From Octopus bimaculoides (taxonomy: Eukaryota), in the NCBI RefSeq assembly GCF_001194135.2, contig NC_069007.1, positions 22,156,545-22,220,544 of the forward strand: a stretch of 64,000 bases of DNA. The letters are read 5' to 3'. Under the pieces are notes generated by a model. The model searched no databases and was not told where the DNA came from. It worked only from the letters and a program-made list of their open reading frames with translations. Below, piece by piece: positions 35,134-50,400 of this stretch (position 1 is its first letter; the number at the start of each line of letters is the position of its first letter). Both the position numbers and the translations under genes were made by a program.

Positions 35134-35238
35134 CATTAAGAGTTTCTGGAGATAGGGAACGGCTTCATGGGGTTGTTTTAAATCATTCACCAGCATCAAT
35201 GCCAAATTGAAGAGAGCACTGCGCATAGTGTCTTCAAG
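35134..35238 (-). CDS. TMTC3: TMTC3 coding exon (most 5' TMTC3 exon visible)
   Basis: Minus gctaataatgtactttcttacag|...ATG|gtaagt; 105 nt; [35 protein letters not shown] matches human [16 protein letters not shown]...ALPILEELLR. Confidence 0.92.
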
Positions 35239-35272
35239 CTGTAAGAAAGTACATATTATTAGCACTAAATGT

Positions 35273-35330
35273 GTATATATATATATACATATATATATGT
35301 GTGTGTGTGTGTGTGTATATATATGTATAT

Positions 35331-35370
<40 letters not shown>

Positions 35371-35417
35371 GTATATATATATATGTATATATATGTGTAT
35401 ATGTATATATATATATA
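35273..35417. repeat. Compound (TA)n/(TG)n/(TATG)n microsatellite
   Basis: Directly visible; lies between the TMTC3 branch point and the satellite. Confidence 0.95.
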
Positions 35418-38400
35418 TTCATTCGATCGTTCGTACGTACGCACGTTCGTTCGCTCGTTCATTCGTACGTATGTACGTACGTTCGTTCGTACGTACGTAC
35501 GTTAGTTCGTTCGATCTTTCTTTCGTTCGCACGTGCGTACGTTCGTACGTAGGTAGGTACGCACGTTCGTTCGTTCGTACGTACGTTCATTCGTTAGTTC
35601 GTTCGTTCGAGCGTTCGTTCGATCGTTCCGACGTACGGATGTATGTACGTACGTTCGTTTGGTCATTGATTCGTACGTATGTACGTACGCTTGTTCGTTC
35701 GCTGCATCATTTCGTACCTTCGTTCGTTCGTTCATACGTACCTATATACGTACGTACGTTCGTTGGTACGTACGTTGTTTCTTTATTTCTTGCCTACGTA
35801 ATACGTACGTACGTTCGTTCGTAAGTACGTTCTTTCGTTATTTCCTGCCTACGTACGTACGTTCGTTCGTACGGATATATGTATGTTCGTTCGTACTTAC
35901 GTACGTTCGTTCGTCCATACGTACGTTCGTCCGTACGTAAGTACGTTCTTTCATTATTTCCTGCCTACGTAATACGTACGTTCGTTCGCACTATGTACGT
36001 TCGTTCGTTCTTTCGTTATTTCTTGCCTATGTAGGTACGTACCTTTGTTCGTTCGTTCGTTCGTTCGTACTTAGGTACGTTCTTTCGTTATTTCTTGCAT
36101 GCGTACGTACGTTCGTTCGTACTTACGTTCGTTCGTACTTACGTTCGTTCGTACGTTCGTTCGTTCGTACGTTCAATCGTTCGTATGTACGTACGTATAT
36201 ATATATACACGTTCGTTCGTACTTACGTACGTACGTTCGTTATTTCATTCGTTCGTACATACGTACGTACGTTTGTTCGATCCTTCATACGTACGTACGT
36301 ACGTAAGTTCGCTCGTTCGTCCGTACGTAAGTACGTTCGTTTGTTCGTACGCACGTTTGTTCGTTCATACGTACGTTCGTTTTTACGTACGTACGTTCGT
36401 TCTTAGGTACGTACGTTCTTTCGTTATTTCCTGACTACGTAATACGTACGATCGTTCGTTCGTTCCTTCGTACGTACGTTCGTTCGTTCTTTCGTTATTT
36501 CATGCCTACGTACGTACGTACGTTCGTTTATTCGATCGTTCGTTTTTTCGTTCGTTCGTTCATTCGTATGTACGTACGAACGTACGTTCGTTCGGTCGTT
36601 CCTACGTACGTATGTACTACGTTCGTTCGTTCTTACGTACGTACGTTCGTACAAACGTAACTACGTATGTACGTACATTCGTTCTTTCTTTCGTTCAATC
36701 TTACGTACGTACGTACGATCCTTCGTTAATTCGTTGTTCTTACCTACGTAAGTACGTTCGTTCTTACCTACGTAAGTACGTTCGTTCTTTAATTCGTTCG
36801 ACTGTTCGTACGTACGTACGTTCGTTCTTTCTTTCGTTAGTTCGTACGTACGTTCCTTTGGTCGTCGATTCGTACGTATGTACGAACGCACATACGTACG
36901 TTCATTCGTACCATCGTTCATACGAACGAATGTACGTTCGTTAGTTCGTTCGTGCCTATATACGTACGTACGTTCTTTCTTTATTTCTTGCCTGTCTACG
37001 TACGTACGTACGTTCGTTCGTTCTTTCGTTATTTCCGTCCTGCGTACGTACGTTCGTTCCTTCAACCGTTCGTTCGTACTTACGTTCGTTCATATGTACG
37101 TACGTTCGTTTGTTCGTTCGTTCGTACGTACGTTCTTTCGTTATTTCCTGCCTACGTAATACGTACGTACGTTCGTTCGTTCGTTCTTTCATTCGTTCGT
37201 ACATACGTACGTACGTTCATAGGTACGTACGTAAGTTCGTTCGTTCGTCCATACGTACGTTCTTTCGTTATTTCCTTCCTGCGTACGTACGTTCGTTCCT
37301 TCAATCGTTCGTACGTACGTATATATGTACGTTCGTACTTATCTACGTACGTTCGTTCGTTCGATCGTTCATGCGTACGTTCGTTCGTTTATACGTACGT
37401 ACGTTCTTTTGTTATTTTCTGCCTACGAAATACGTACGTACGTACGTTCGTACTTACGTACGTACGTTCGTTCGTACTTACGTTCGTGTCTTCGTTCGTA
37501 CGTACGTTCTTTCGTCAATTCTGTCTTCGTAATATGTACGTACATTCGTTAGTACGTACGTTCTTTCGGTATTTCCTGCCTATGTACGTACGTTCGTTCG
37601 TACGTACTCACGTTCATTCGTTATTTCTTACCTGCGTACGTAAGTTCGTTGAATCGTTCGTATGCACGTAGTATATATGTATGTAAGTTCGTTCGTTCGT
37701 CCGTACGTACGTACGTTCGTTTGTTCATTCCTTCCTACGTACGTTCGTTCGGTCGTAAGTACGTTTATTCGTTTGCTTATTCGTACGTACGTACGTTCAT
37801 TCGTACATATGTTCGTTCGATCGTTCGTTCGTTCGGTCGTTCCGACCTACGTATGTACGTACGTTCACTTGTTCGTTCGTTCGTACGAACGTAACTACGA
37901 ACGTTCGTTCGTTCCTTCTTTTATTCATTCGTACGTACGTTCGATCGTTCGTTCTTACTTACGTAAGTACGTTCGTTTTTTAATTCATTTGATTGTTCGT
38001 TCGTACGCTCGTTCGTACTTAGGTACGTTTTTCCGTTATTTCTTGCCTGCGTACGTACGTTCGTTCGTACGTTTGTACGTTCGTTCCTTCCTACGTATGT
38101 TCGTTCGTTCGGTCGTAAGTACGTACGTTTATTCGTTTGTTTGTTTGTTCGTACGTACGTACGTACGTTCTTTCGGTATTTCCTGCCTACTTAATACGTA
38201 CGTACGTTCTTTCGTTATTTCCTGCCTACTTAATACGTACGTACGTTCGTTCGTTCGTTCATTCCTTCGTACGTACGTTCGTTCGTAATTACGTACGTAC
38301 GTACGTTTATTTGTACGAACGTACGATCGATAGTTCGTTTTGTACGTATCTCCGTACGTACGTTTGTTCGTTGGTACGTAGTACGTTCTTTCGTTAATTC

Positions 38401-41400
38401 CTGTCTACATAATACGTGTGTACGTTCGTTCTTACGTACGTTCGTTCGTTCATTCGTACATATGTTCGTTCGTTCGGTCGTTCCGACCTACGTATGTACG
38501 TACGTTCACTTGTTCGTTCGTTCGTACGAACGTAACTACGAACGTTCGTTCGTTCCTTCTTTTATTCATTCGTCCGTACGTTCGATCGTTCGTTCTTACT
38601 TACGTAAGTACGTTCGTTTTTTAATTCATTTGATTGTTCGTTCGTACGCTCGTTCGTACTTAGGTACGTTTTTCCGTTATTTCTTGCCTGCGTACGTACG
38701 TTCGTTCGTACATACGTTCGTTCGTTCGTACATACGTTCGTTCGTTCGTACATACGTTCGTTCGCAAAATCGTTCGTACGTGCGTACGTATATATATACA
38801 CGTTCGTTCGTTATTTCATTCGTTCGTACATACGTTCGTTCGATCCTTCATACGTACGTACGTACGTTCGTTCGTAATTACGTACGTACGTTTATTCGTT
38901 TGTTCGTACGTACGTTTGTTTGTTTGTTCGTACGTTCGTTCGTTCATACGTACGAACGTACGATCGTTAGTTCGTTTTGTACGTATCTCCGTACGTACGT
39001 TTGTTCGTTGGTACGTAGTACGTTCTTTCGTTAATTCCTGTCTACATAATACGTATGTACGTTCGTTCTTACGTACGTTCGTTCATTCGTACATATGTTC
39101 GTTCGATCGTTCGTTCGTTCGGTCGTTCCGACCTACGTATGTACGTACGTTCACTTGTTCGTTCGTTCGTACGAACGTAACTACGAACGTTCGTTCGTTC
39201 CTTCTTTTATTCATTCGTACGTACGTTCGATCGTTCGTTCTTACTTACGTACGTTCTTTCGTTAATTCCTGCCTAAGTAATACGTAGGTACGTTCGTTCG
39301 TACATTCTTTTGTTATTTCCTGCCTACGTACGTTCGTTCGTTCATTTGTACGTACGTGCGTACGATGGTTCGTGCTTACTTACGTAAGTACGTTTGTTCC
39401 TTCGTTCGCTCGTACGTTCCTTCGTGCGTACGTTCGTTTGTTAGCTCGTTTGTTCGTACGTGCGGTCGTTTGTTCCTTCCTTCGTACGTATGCACGTACG
39501 TTCGAACGTTCGTTCGTACGTACGTTTGTTCGCCCGGCCGTAGCTACGTACGTTCGTTCGTACGAACGTAACTACGTACGTACGTTCGATCGTTCGTTCT
39601 TACGTAAGTACGTTCATTCTTTAATTCGTTCGATTGTTAGTTCGTACGTACGTTCTTTCTTGACTGCGTACGTACGTTCGTTCGAACGTTCATTCGTACG
39701 TACGTTCGTTCTTACGTACGTATATATGTACGATCGTTCGTACTTACGTACGTACGTTCGTTCTTTCATTCGTTCGTACATACGTACGTTCGGTCGTTCG
39801 TACGTACGTATGTACGTACGTTCACTTGTCCGTTCGTTCGTACGAACGTAACTACGTACGTTCGTTCGTTCCTTCTTTCTTTCATACGTACGGACGTTCG
39901 ATCGTTCGTTGTTACTTACGTAAGTACGTTCGTTCTTTAATTCGTTTGATTGTTCGTTCGTTCGTACGTACGTACGTTCTTTCGTACGTAGGTACGTTTC
40001 TTCGTTATTTCTTGCCTGCGTACGTACGTTCGTACGTACATTCGTTCGTTCAATCGTTCGTACGTACGTATATATATACACGTTCCTTCGTACTTACGTT
40101 CGTTCTTTCATTCGATCGTACATACGTACGTACGTTCGATCTTTCATACGTACGTACGTTCGTAAATTCGTTCGTTGGACCGTCCGTACGTAAGTACGTT
40201 GGTTTGTTCGTTCGTACGTTCGTATGTTCGTTTGTTCCTTGGTTCGTACGTTCGTTTGTTCCTTGGTTCGTACGTTCGTTCGTACTTTCTTTCGTTATTT
40301 CCTGCCTACGTACGTACGTTCAGTTTCTTCGTTCGTTCGTTCATTCGTACGTACGTACGTTCGTACAAACGTAACTACGTATGTACGTACGTACATTNNN
40401 NNNNNNNNNNNNNNNNNNNNNNNNNNNNNNNNNNNNNNNNNNNNNNNNNNNNNNNNNNNNNNNNNNNNNNNNNNNNNNNNNNNNNNNNNNNNNNNNNTTC
40501 GTTCGTACGTACGCAAGTTCTATCGTTATTTCCTGCCTACGTAATACGTACGTTCTTACTTACATTCGTTCGTACGTACGTTCCTTCGGTCGTTCGTACG
40601 TGCATTCGTTTGTTCCTTCCTTCGTACGTATGTATGCACGTACGTTCGATCGTTGGTTCTTTCGTTCGTACGTACGTTCGTTCGTGCGGCCGTTGCTACG
40701 TACGTATGTACGTACGCTCGTTCGTACTTACGTACGTTCTTTCATTCGTTCGTACATACGTACGTACGTTCGTTCGATCCTTCATACGTCCGTACGTACG
40801 TAAGTTCGTTCGTTATTTCGTGCCTATGTAGGTACGTACTTATGTTCGTTCTTACGTACGTTCGTTCGTTGAATCGTTCGTTCGTTCATACGTACGAACG
40901 TACGTTCGTTTGTACGTACCTCCGTTTGTTCGTTCGTACGTTCTTTCGTTAATTCCAGCCTACATAATACATATGTACGTTCGTTCTTACGTACATATGT
41001 TCGTTCGTTCCTTGGTTCGTTCGTACATTCGTACGTTCGTTCGTTAGTACGTACGTTCACTTGTCTGTTCGTACGTACGTTCGATCGTTCGTTGTTACTT
41101 ACGTAAGTACGTTCGTTCTTTAATTCGTTCGATTGTTCGTTCGTACGTACGTTCGTTCGTTCGTACGTAGGTACTTCCTTCGTTATTTCTTGCCTGCGTA
41201 CGTACGTACGTTCGTACGTACATTCGTTCGTTCAATCGTTCGTACGTACGTATATATATACACGTTCCTTCGTACTTACGTTCGTTCTTTCATTCGATCG
41301 TACATACGTACGTACGTTCGATCCTTCATACGTACGAACGTTCATAAGTTCGACCGTCCGTACGTAAGTACGTTGGTTTGTTCGTTCGTACGTTCGTTCC

Positions 41401-44400
41401 TTCGTACGTACGTTCGTTCGTTCGTTCATACGTACGTTCGTTCTTAGGTACGAACGTTCTTTCGTTAATTCCTGCCTAGGTAATACGTACGTTCGTTCCA
41501 TCGTACGTACGTTCGTTCGTNNNNNNNNNNNNNNNNNNNNNNNNNNNNNNNNNNNNNNNNNNNNNNNNNNNNNNNNNNNNNNNNNNNNNNNNNNNNNNNN
41601 NNNNNNNNNNNNNNNNNNNNNNNNNNNNNNNNNNNNNNNNNNNNNNNNNNNNNNNNNNNNNNNNNNNNNNNNNNNNNNNNNNNNNNNNNNNNNNNNNNNN
41701 NNNNNNNNNNNNNNNNNNNNNNNNNNNNNNNNNNNNNNNNNNNNNNNNNNNNNNNNNNNNNNNNNNNNNNNNNNNTACGTTCGATCGTTCGTTGTTACTT
41801 ACGTAAGTACGTTCGTTCTTTAATTCGTTCGATTGTTCGTTTGTACGTACGTAAGTTCGTTCCTACGCACGTACGTAATTACGTTCCTTTGTTCGTATGT
41901 TCTTTCATGCGTACGTTCGTTTCACCGTTCGTTTGTTCGTACGTAAGTTCTTTCTTCCGTACGCAAATACTTTCGTTCGTTCGTTTGTTCTTTCGTTCCT
42001 TCGTACGTAGGTTCGTTTGTTCGTACGTACGCACGTTTGTTCGTTCATAAGTACGTTCGTTCGTTCGTACGTACGCAAGTTCTATCGTTATTTCCAGCCT
42101 ACGTAATACGTACGTTCGTTCGTACGTACGTTCCTTCGTTATTTTCTGCCTACGTACGTACGGTCGTTCGTACGTGCATTCGTTTGTTCCTTCCTTCGTA
42201 CGTACGTATGCGCGTACGTTCGATCGTTGGTTCTTTCGTTCGTTCGTGCGGCTGTTGCTACGTACGTATGTACGTACGCTCGTTCGTACAAACGTAACTA
42301 CGTACGTACTTCGTTCGTTGATTCGTACGTACGTACGTTCGTTCATCCGGCCGTTGCTACGTACGTATGTACATACGCTCATTCGTACAAACGTAACTAC
42401 GTACGTACGTTCGATCGTTCGTTCTTACTGACGTAAGTACGTTCGTTCTTTAATTCCTTCGAGTGTTTGTTCGTACGTACGTACGTTCTTTCGCTATTTC
42501 TTGACTGCGTAGGTACGTTCGTTCGTACGTACGTTCGTTCTTACGTACGTTCGTTAAAACGTTGGTACGTACGTACGTATATATGTGCGATCGTTCGTAC
42601 TTACGTACGTTCGTTCTTTCATTCGTTCGTACATACTTACGTACGTTCGTTCGATCCTTTATACGTCCGTCCGTACGTAAGTTCGTTCGTTCGTCCGTAC
42701 GAACGTAAGTACTTTCGTTCGTTCGTACGATCGTAACTACGTACGTACGTTCTTTCGTTCGTTCGTACGTACGATCGTTCGTTAATTCGTTCGTTCTTAC
42801 TTACGTAAGTACGTTCATTCTTTAATTTGTTCGATTGTTCGTTCGTACGTACGTACGTTCGTATGTACGTATTTTCGTTTGCTCGTTGATTCGTACGTAT
42901 GTACGTACGCACCTACGTAAGTTCGTTCGTTCGCTCTATCATTTCGTACCTTCGTTCATTCGTACATACCTACGAATGTACGTTCGTTACTTCGTTCATA
43001 CGTACCTATATAGGTACGTTCGTTCGTACGTACGTTGTTTCTTTATTTCTTGCCTACGTAATACGTACGTTCGTAAGTACTTCTTTCGTTATTTCCTGCC
43101 TATGTACGTACGTATGTTCGTTCTTTCGATCGTACGTACGTTCGTTCGTACGTACGTTCGTTCGTACGTACGTTCTTTCCTGCCTACTTAATACGTACGT
43201 ACGTTCGTTCGTTCCTTCGTACGTACGCTCGTTCGTAATTACTTACGTACGTGTATTCGTTCGTTCGTACGTACGTTTGTTTGTTTGTTCGTTCGTTCTT
43301 TCGTACGTACGTTTGTTTGTTTGTTCGTTCGTTCTTTCGTACGTACGTTTGTTCGTTCGTTCGTTCGTACGTACGTTCGTTCATACGTACGAACGTACGT
43401 TTGTTTTGTACGTACCTCCGTACGTACGTTTACGTTCTTTCGTTAATTCCTGTCTACATAATACGTATGTACGTTCGTTCTTACGTACGTTCGTTCATTC
43501 GTACATATGTTCGTTCGATCGTTCGTTCATTAGTTCGTTCGTTCATTCGTACGTACGTTCGTTCGGTCGTTCCGACGTACGTATGTACGTACGTTCACTT
43601 GTACGTTCGTTCGTACGAACGTAACTAGGTACGTTCGTTCGTTCCTTCTTTTTTTCATTCGTACGTACGTTCGATCGTTCGTTCGTTCTTACTTACGTAA
43701 GTACGTTCGTTTTTTAATTCATTTGATTGTTTATCGTACGTACGTACGTTCGTTCCTTCGTACGTACGTTCGTTCGTTGTTAGGTACGTACGTTCTTTCT
43801 TTAATTCCTGCCTACGTATTACGTACGTTCGTTCGTTATTTCCTGCCTACGTACGTTCGTTCGTTCATTCGTACGTACGTTCGTTTGTTAGCTCGTTTGT
43901 TCGTCCGTACGTAAGAACTTTCGTACGTGCGGTCGTTTGTTCCTTACTTCGTACGTACGTATGCACGTACGTTCGATCGTTCGTTCGTTCATTCGTACGT
44001 ACGTTTGTTCGCTCGACCGTTGCTACGTACGCTCGTTCATACGAACGTAACTACGTACGTTCGATCGTTCGTTCTTACGTAAGTACGTTCATTCTTTAAT
44101 TCGTTCGTACGTACGTTCTTTCATTATTTCTTGACTGCGTACGTACGTTCGTTCGTACGTTCATTCGTACGTACGTTCGTTCTTTAATTTGTTCGATTGT
44201 TCGTACGTTCGTTCTTTCGTATGTACGTACGTTCGATTGGTCGTTGATTCGTACGTATGTACGTACCTTCTTTCGTTCATACATACCTATATACGTACGT
44301 ACGTTCGTCCGTGCGGTGTTTCTTTATTTCTTGCCTAAGTAATACGTACGAACATTCGTTCGTAAGTACGTTCCTTCGTTATTTCCACCCTACGTACGTT

Positions 44401-47400
44401 CTTTTGTTATTTCCTTCCTTCGTACGTACGTACGTTCGTATGTTCGTTAATTCCTGCCTACGTAATACGTTCGTTCGTACTTTCTTTCGTTATTTCCTGC
44501 CTACGTACGTACGTTCGTTTGTTCGTTCTTTCGTTCGTTTCTTCGTTCGTTCGTTCATTCGTACGTACGTACGTTCGTACAAACGTTACTACGTATGTAC
44601 GTACGTACATTCGGTCGTTCTTTCTTTCGTTCAATCTTACGTACGTACGTACGATCCTTCGTTAATTAGTTCGTAATTTAATTCGTTCGATTGTTCGTTC
44701 GTACGTACGTAAGTTCGTTCGTACGTAAATTCGTTCTTACGTACGTACGTAATTACGTTCCTTTCTTTGTTCGTACGTACGTTCGTTCTTTCCTTCATGC
44801 GTACGTTCGTTTCTCCGTTCGCTTGTTCGTACGTAAGTTCGTTCGTCCGTACGCAAATACTTTCGTTCGTTCGTTCCTTCGTACGTACGTTCGTTTGTTC
44901 GTACGTACGCACGTTTGTTCGTTCATAAGTACGTCCGTTCGTTCGTACGTACGCAAGTTCTATCGTTATTTCCTGCCTACGTAATACCTACGTTCGTACT
45001 TACATTCGTTCGTACGTACGTTCCTTCGTTATTTTCTGCCTACGTACGTACGGTCGTTCGTACGTGCATTCGTTTGTTCCTTCCTTCGTACGTACGTATG
45101 CACGTACGTTCGATCGTTGGTTCTTTCGTTCGTTCGTNNNNNNNNNNTTCCTTCGTACGTACGTATGCACGTACGTTCGATCGTTGGTTCTTTCGTTCGT
45201 TCGTGCGGCCGTTGCTACGTACGTATGTACGTACGCTCGTTCGTACAAACGTAACTACGTACGTACTTCGTTCGTTGATTCATACGTACGTACGTTCGTT
45301 CGTCCGGCCGTTGCTACGTACGTATGTACATACGCTCATTCGTACAAACGTAACTACGTACGTACGTTCGTTCGTTGATTCGTACGTACGTACGTACGTT
45401 CGTTCTTACTTACGTAAGTACGTTCGTTCTCTAATTCCTTCGATTGTTCGTTCGTACGTACGTTCTTTCGTTATTTCTTGACTGCGTAGGTACGTTCGTT
45501 CGTTAAATCGTTCGTACGTACGTACGTATATATGTACGATCGTTCGTACTTACGTACGTTCTTTCATTCGTTCGTACATACGTTCGTTCGATCCTTCATA
45601 CGTCCGTACGTACGTAAGTTCGTTCGTTATTTCGTGCCTATGTAGGTACNNNNNNNNNNNNNNNNNNNNNNNNNNNNNNNNNNNNNNNNNNNNNNNNNNN
45701 NNNNNNNNNNNNNNNNNNNNNNNNNNNNNNNNNNNNNNNNNNNNNNNNNNNNNNNNNNNNNNNNNNNNNNNNNNNNNNNNNNNNNNNNNNNNNNNNNNNN
45801 NNNNNNNNNNNNNNNNNNNNNNNNNNNNNNNNNNNNNNNNNNNNNNNNNNNNNNNNNNNNNNNNNNNNNNNNNNNNNNNNNNNNNNNNNNNNNNNNNNNN
45901 NNNNNNNNNNNNNNNNNNNNNNNNNNNNNNNNNNNNNNNNNNNNNNNNNNNNNNNNNNNNNNNNNNNNNNNNNNNNNNNNNNNNNNNNNNNNNNNNNNNN
46001 NNNNNNNNNNNNNNNNNNNNNNNNNNNNNNNNNNNNNNNNNNNNNNNNNNNNNNNNNNNNNNNNNNNNNNNNNNNNNNNNNNNNNNNNNNNNNNNNNNNN
46101 NNNNNNNNNNNNNNNNNNNNNNNNNNNNNNNNNNNNNNNNNNNNNNNNNTGTTCGTTCGTACGTAGGTACTTCCTTCGTTATTTCTTGCCTGCGTACGTA
46201 CGTTCGTACGTACATTCGTACGTTCGTACGTACATTCGTTCGTTCAATCGTTCGTACGTACGTATATATATACACGTTCCTTCGTACTTACGTTCGTTCT
46301 TTCATTCGATCGTACATACGTACGTACGTACGTACGTACGTTCATAAGTTCGTTCGTACGTTCGTTCCTTCGTACGTACGTTCGTTCGTTCGTTCATACG
46401 TACGTTCGTTCTTAGGTACGAACGTTCTTTCGTTAATTCCTGCCTAGGTAATACGTACGTTCGTTCCATCGTACGTACGTTCGTTCGTGAGTACTTTCTT
46501 TCGTTATTTCCTGCCTACGTGCGTACGTTCGTTTGTTCGTTCGTTTCTTCGTTCGTTCGTTCGTTCATTCGTACGTACGTTCGTACAAACGTAACTACGT
46601 ATGTACGTACGTACGTTCTTTCATTCGTTCGTACATACGTTCGTTCGATCCTTCATACGTCCGTACGTACGTAAGTTCGTTCGTTATTTCGTGCCTATGT
46701 AGGTACGTACGTATGTTCGTTCCTTCGTTCGTTCTTACGTACGTTCGTTTGTACGTACCTCCGTTTGTTCGTTCGTACGTACGTTCTTTCGTTAATTCCA
46801 GCCTACATAATACATATGTACGTTCGTTCTTACGTACATATGTTCGTTCGTTCGTACATTCGTACGTTCATTCGTTAGTACNNNNNNNNNNNNNNNNNNN
46901 NNNNNNNNNNNNNNNNNNNNNNNNNNNNNNNNNNNNNNNNNNNNNNNNNNNNNNNNNNNNNNNNNNNNNNNNNNNNNNNNNNNNNNNNNNNNNNNNNNNN
47001 NNNNNNNNNNNNNNNNNNNNNNNNNNNNNNNNNNNNNNNNNNNNNNNNNNNNNNNNNNNNNNNNNNNNNNNNNNNNNNNNNNNNNNNNNNNNNNNNNNNN
47101 NNNNNNNNNNNNNNNNNNNNNNNNNNNNNNNNNNNNNNNNNNNNNNNNNNNNNNNNNNNNNNNNNNNNNNNNNNNNNNNNNNNNNNNNNNNNNNNNNNNN
47201 NNNNNNNNNNNNNNNNNNNNNNNNNNNNNNNNNNNNNNNNNNNNNNNNNNNNNNNNNNNNNNNNNNNNNNNNNNNNNNNNNNNNNNNNNNNNNNNNNNNN
47301 NNNNNNNNNNNNNNNNNNNNNNNNNNNNNNNNNNNNNNNNNNNNNNNNNNNNNNNNNNNNCTTCGTTCGTTCGTTCGTTCATTCGTACGTACGTTCGTAC

Positions 47401-50400
47401 AAACGTAACTACGTATGTACGTACGTACATTCGTTCGTTCTTTCTTTCGTTCAAACTTACGTACGTACGTACGATCCTTCGTTAATTAGTTCGTAATTTA
47501 ATTCGTTCGATTGTTCGTTTGTACGTACGTAAGTTCGTTCCTACGCACGTACGTAATTACGTTCCTTTGTTTGTTCGTACGTACGTTCGTTCGTTCTTTC
47601 ATGCGTACGTTCGTTTCACCGTTCGTTTGTTCGTACATAAGTTCGTTCTTCCGTACGCAAATACTTTCGTTCGTTCGTTTGTTCTTTCGTTCCTTCGTAC
47701 GTAGTTTCGTTTGTTCGTACGTACGCACGTTTGTTCGTTCATAAGTATGTTCGTTCGTTCGTACGTACGCAAGTTCTATCGTTATTTCCAGCCTACGTAA
47801 TACGTACGTTCGTTCGTTCGTACGTACGTTCTTTCGTTATTTTCTGCCTACGTACGTACGGTCGTTCGTACGTGCATTCGTTTGTTCCTTCCTTCGTACG
47901 TACGTATGCACGTACGTTCGATCGTTGGTTCTTTCGTTCGTACGTACGTTCGTTCGTGCGGCCGTTGCTACGTACGTATGTACGTACGCTCGTTCGTACA
48001 AACGTAACTACGTACGTACTTCGTTCGTTGATTCGTACGTACGTACGTTCGTTCGTCCGACCGTTGCTACGTACGTATGTACATACGCTCATTCGTACAA
48101 ACATAACTACGTACGTACGTTCGTTCGTTGATTCGTACGTACGTACGTTCGATAGTTCGTTCTTACTTATGTAAGTACGTTCGTTCTCTAATTCCTTCGA
48201 TTGTTCGTTCGTACGTACGTTCTTTCGTTATTTCTTGACTGCGTAGGTACGTTCGTTCTTACGTACGTTCGTTCGTACGTACGTACGTATATATGTACGA
48301 TCGTTCGTACTTACGTACGTTTTCATTCGTTCGATTGTTCGTTCGTACGTACGTTCGTTCGTACGTAGGTACTTCCTTCGTTATTTCTTGCCTGCGTACG
48401 TACGTTCGTACGTACATTCGTTCGTTCAATCGTTCGTACGTACGTATATATATACACGTTCCTTCGTACTTACGTTCGTTCTTTCATTCGATCGTACATA
48501 CGTACGTACGTTCGATCCTTCATACGTACGTACGTTCATAAGTTCGTTAGTTCGACCGTCCGTACGTAAGTACGTTGGTTTGTTCGTTCGTACGTTCGTT
48601 CATTCGTACGTACGTTCGTTCGTTCATACGTACGTTCGTTCTTAGGTACGAACGTTCTTTCGTTAATTCCTGCCTAGGTAATACGTACGTTCGTTCCATC
48701 GTACGTACGTTCGTACTTTCTTTCGTTATTTCCTGCCTACGTGCGTACGTTCGTTCGATCTTTCGTTCGTTTCTTCGTTCGTTCGTTCATTCGTACGTAC
48801 GTTCGTACAAACGTAACTACGTATGTACGTACGTACATTCGTTCGTTCTTTCTTTCGTTCAATCTTACGTACGTACGTACATTCCTTCGTTCTTTCTTTC
48901 GTTCAATCTTACGTACGTACGTACGATCCTTCGTTAATTAGTTCGTAATTTAATTCGTTCGATTGTTCGTTTGTACGTACGTAAGTTCGTTCCTACGCAC
49001 GTACGTAATTACGTTCCTTTGTTTGTTCGTACATACGTTCGTTCTTCCGTACGCAAATACTTTTGTTCGTTCGTTTGTTCTTTCGTTCCTTCGTACGTAG
49101 TTTCGTTTGTTCGTACGTACGCAAGTTCTATCGTTATTTCCAGCCTACGTAATACGTACATTCGTTCGTTCGTACGTACGTTCTTTCGTTATTTTCTGCC
49201 TACGTACGTACGGTCGTTCGTACGTGCATTCGTTTGTTCCTTCCTTCGTACGTACGTATGCACGTACGTTCGATCGTTGGTTCTTTCGTTCGTTCGTGCG
49301 GCCGTTGCTACGTACGTATGTACGTACGCTCGTTCGTACAAACGTAACTACGTACGTACTTCGTTCGTTGATTCGTACGTACGTACGTTCGTTCATCCGG
49401 CCGTTGCTACGTACGTATGTACATACGCTCATTCGTACAAACGCAACTACGTACGTACGTTCGATCGTTCGTTCGATCTTATGTACGTTCGTTCGTTAAA
49501 TCGTTGGTACGTACGTACGTATATACGTGCGATCGTTCGTACTTACGTACGTTCGTTCTTTCATTCGTTCGTTCGATCCTTCATACGTCCGTCCGTACGT
49601 ACGTTCTTTCCTGCCTACTTAATACGTACGTACGTTCGTTCGTACGCTTGTTCGTAATTACTTACGTACGTTTATTCGTTCGTTCGTACGTACGTTTGCT
49701 TGTTTGTTCGTACGTTCGTTCGTTCTTTCGTACGTACGTTTGTTCTTTCGTTATTTCTTGCCTATGTATGTATGTACGTTTGTTCGTTCGTTCGTTCGTA
49801 CGTACGTTCGTTCATACGTACGAACGTACGTTCGTTAGTTCGTTTTGTACGTACCTCCGTACGTACGTTTACGTTCTTTCGTTAATTCCTGTCTACATAA
49901 TACGTATGTACGTTCGTTCTTACGTACGTTCGTTCGTTCATTCGTACATATGTTCGTTCGTTCGGTCGTTCCGACCTACGTATGTACGTACGTTCACTTG
50001 TACGTTCGTTCGTACGAACGTAACTACGTACGTTCCTTCTTTTTTTCATTCGTACGTACGTTCGATCGTTCTTACGTAAGTACGTTCGTTTTTTTAATTC
50101 ATTTGATTGTTTATCGTACGTACGTACGTACGTATATATATACACATTCTTTCCTACTTACGTACGTGCGTTCGTTCTTTCATTCGATCGTACATACGTA
50201 AGTTTGTTAGTTCGTCTGTCCGTAAGTACGTTCGTATGTTCGTTCGTTCCTTCGTACGTACGTTCGTTCGTTCATACGTACGTTCGTTGTTAGGTACGTA
50301 CGTTCTTTCTTTAATTCCTGCCTACGTATTACGTACGTTCGTTCGTTATTTCCTGCCTACGTACGTTCGTTTGTTCGTTCGTTCATTCGTACGTACGTAC

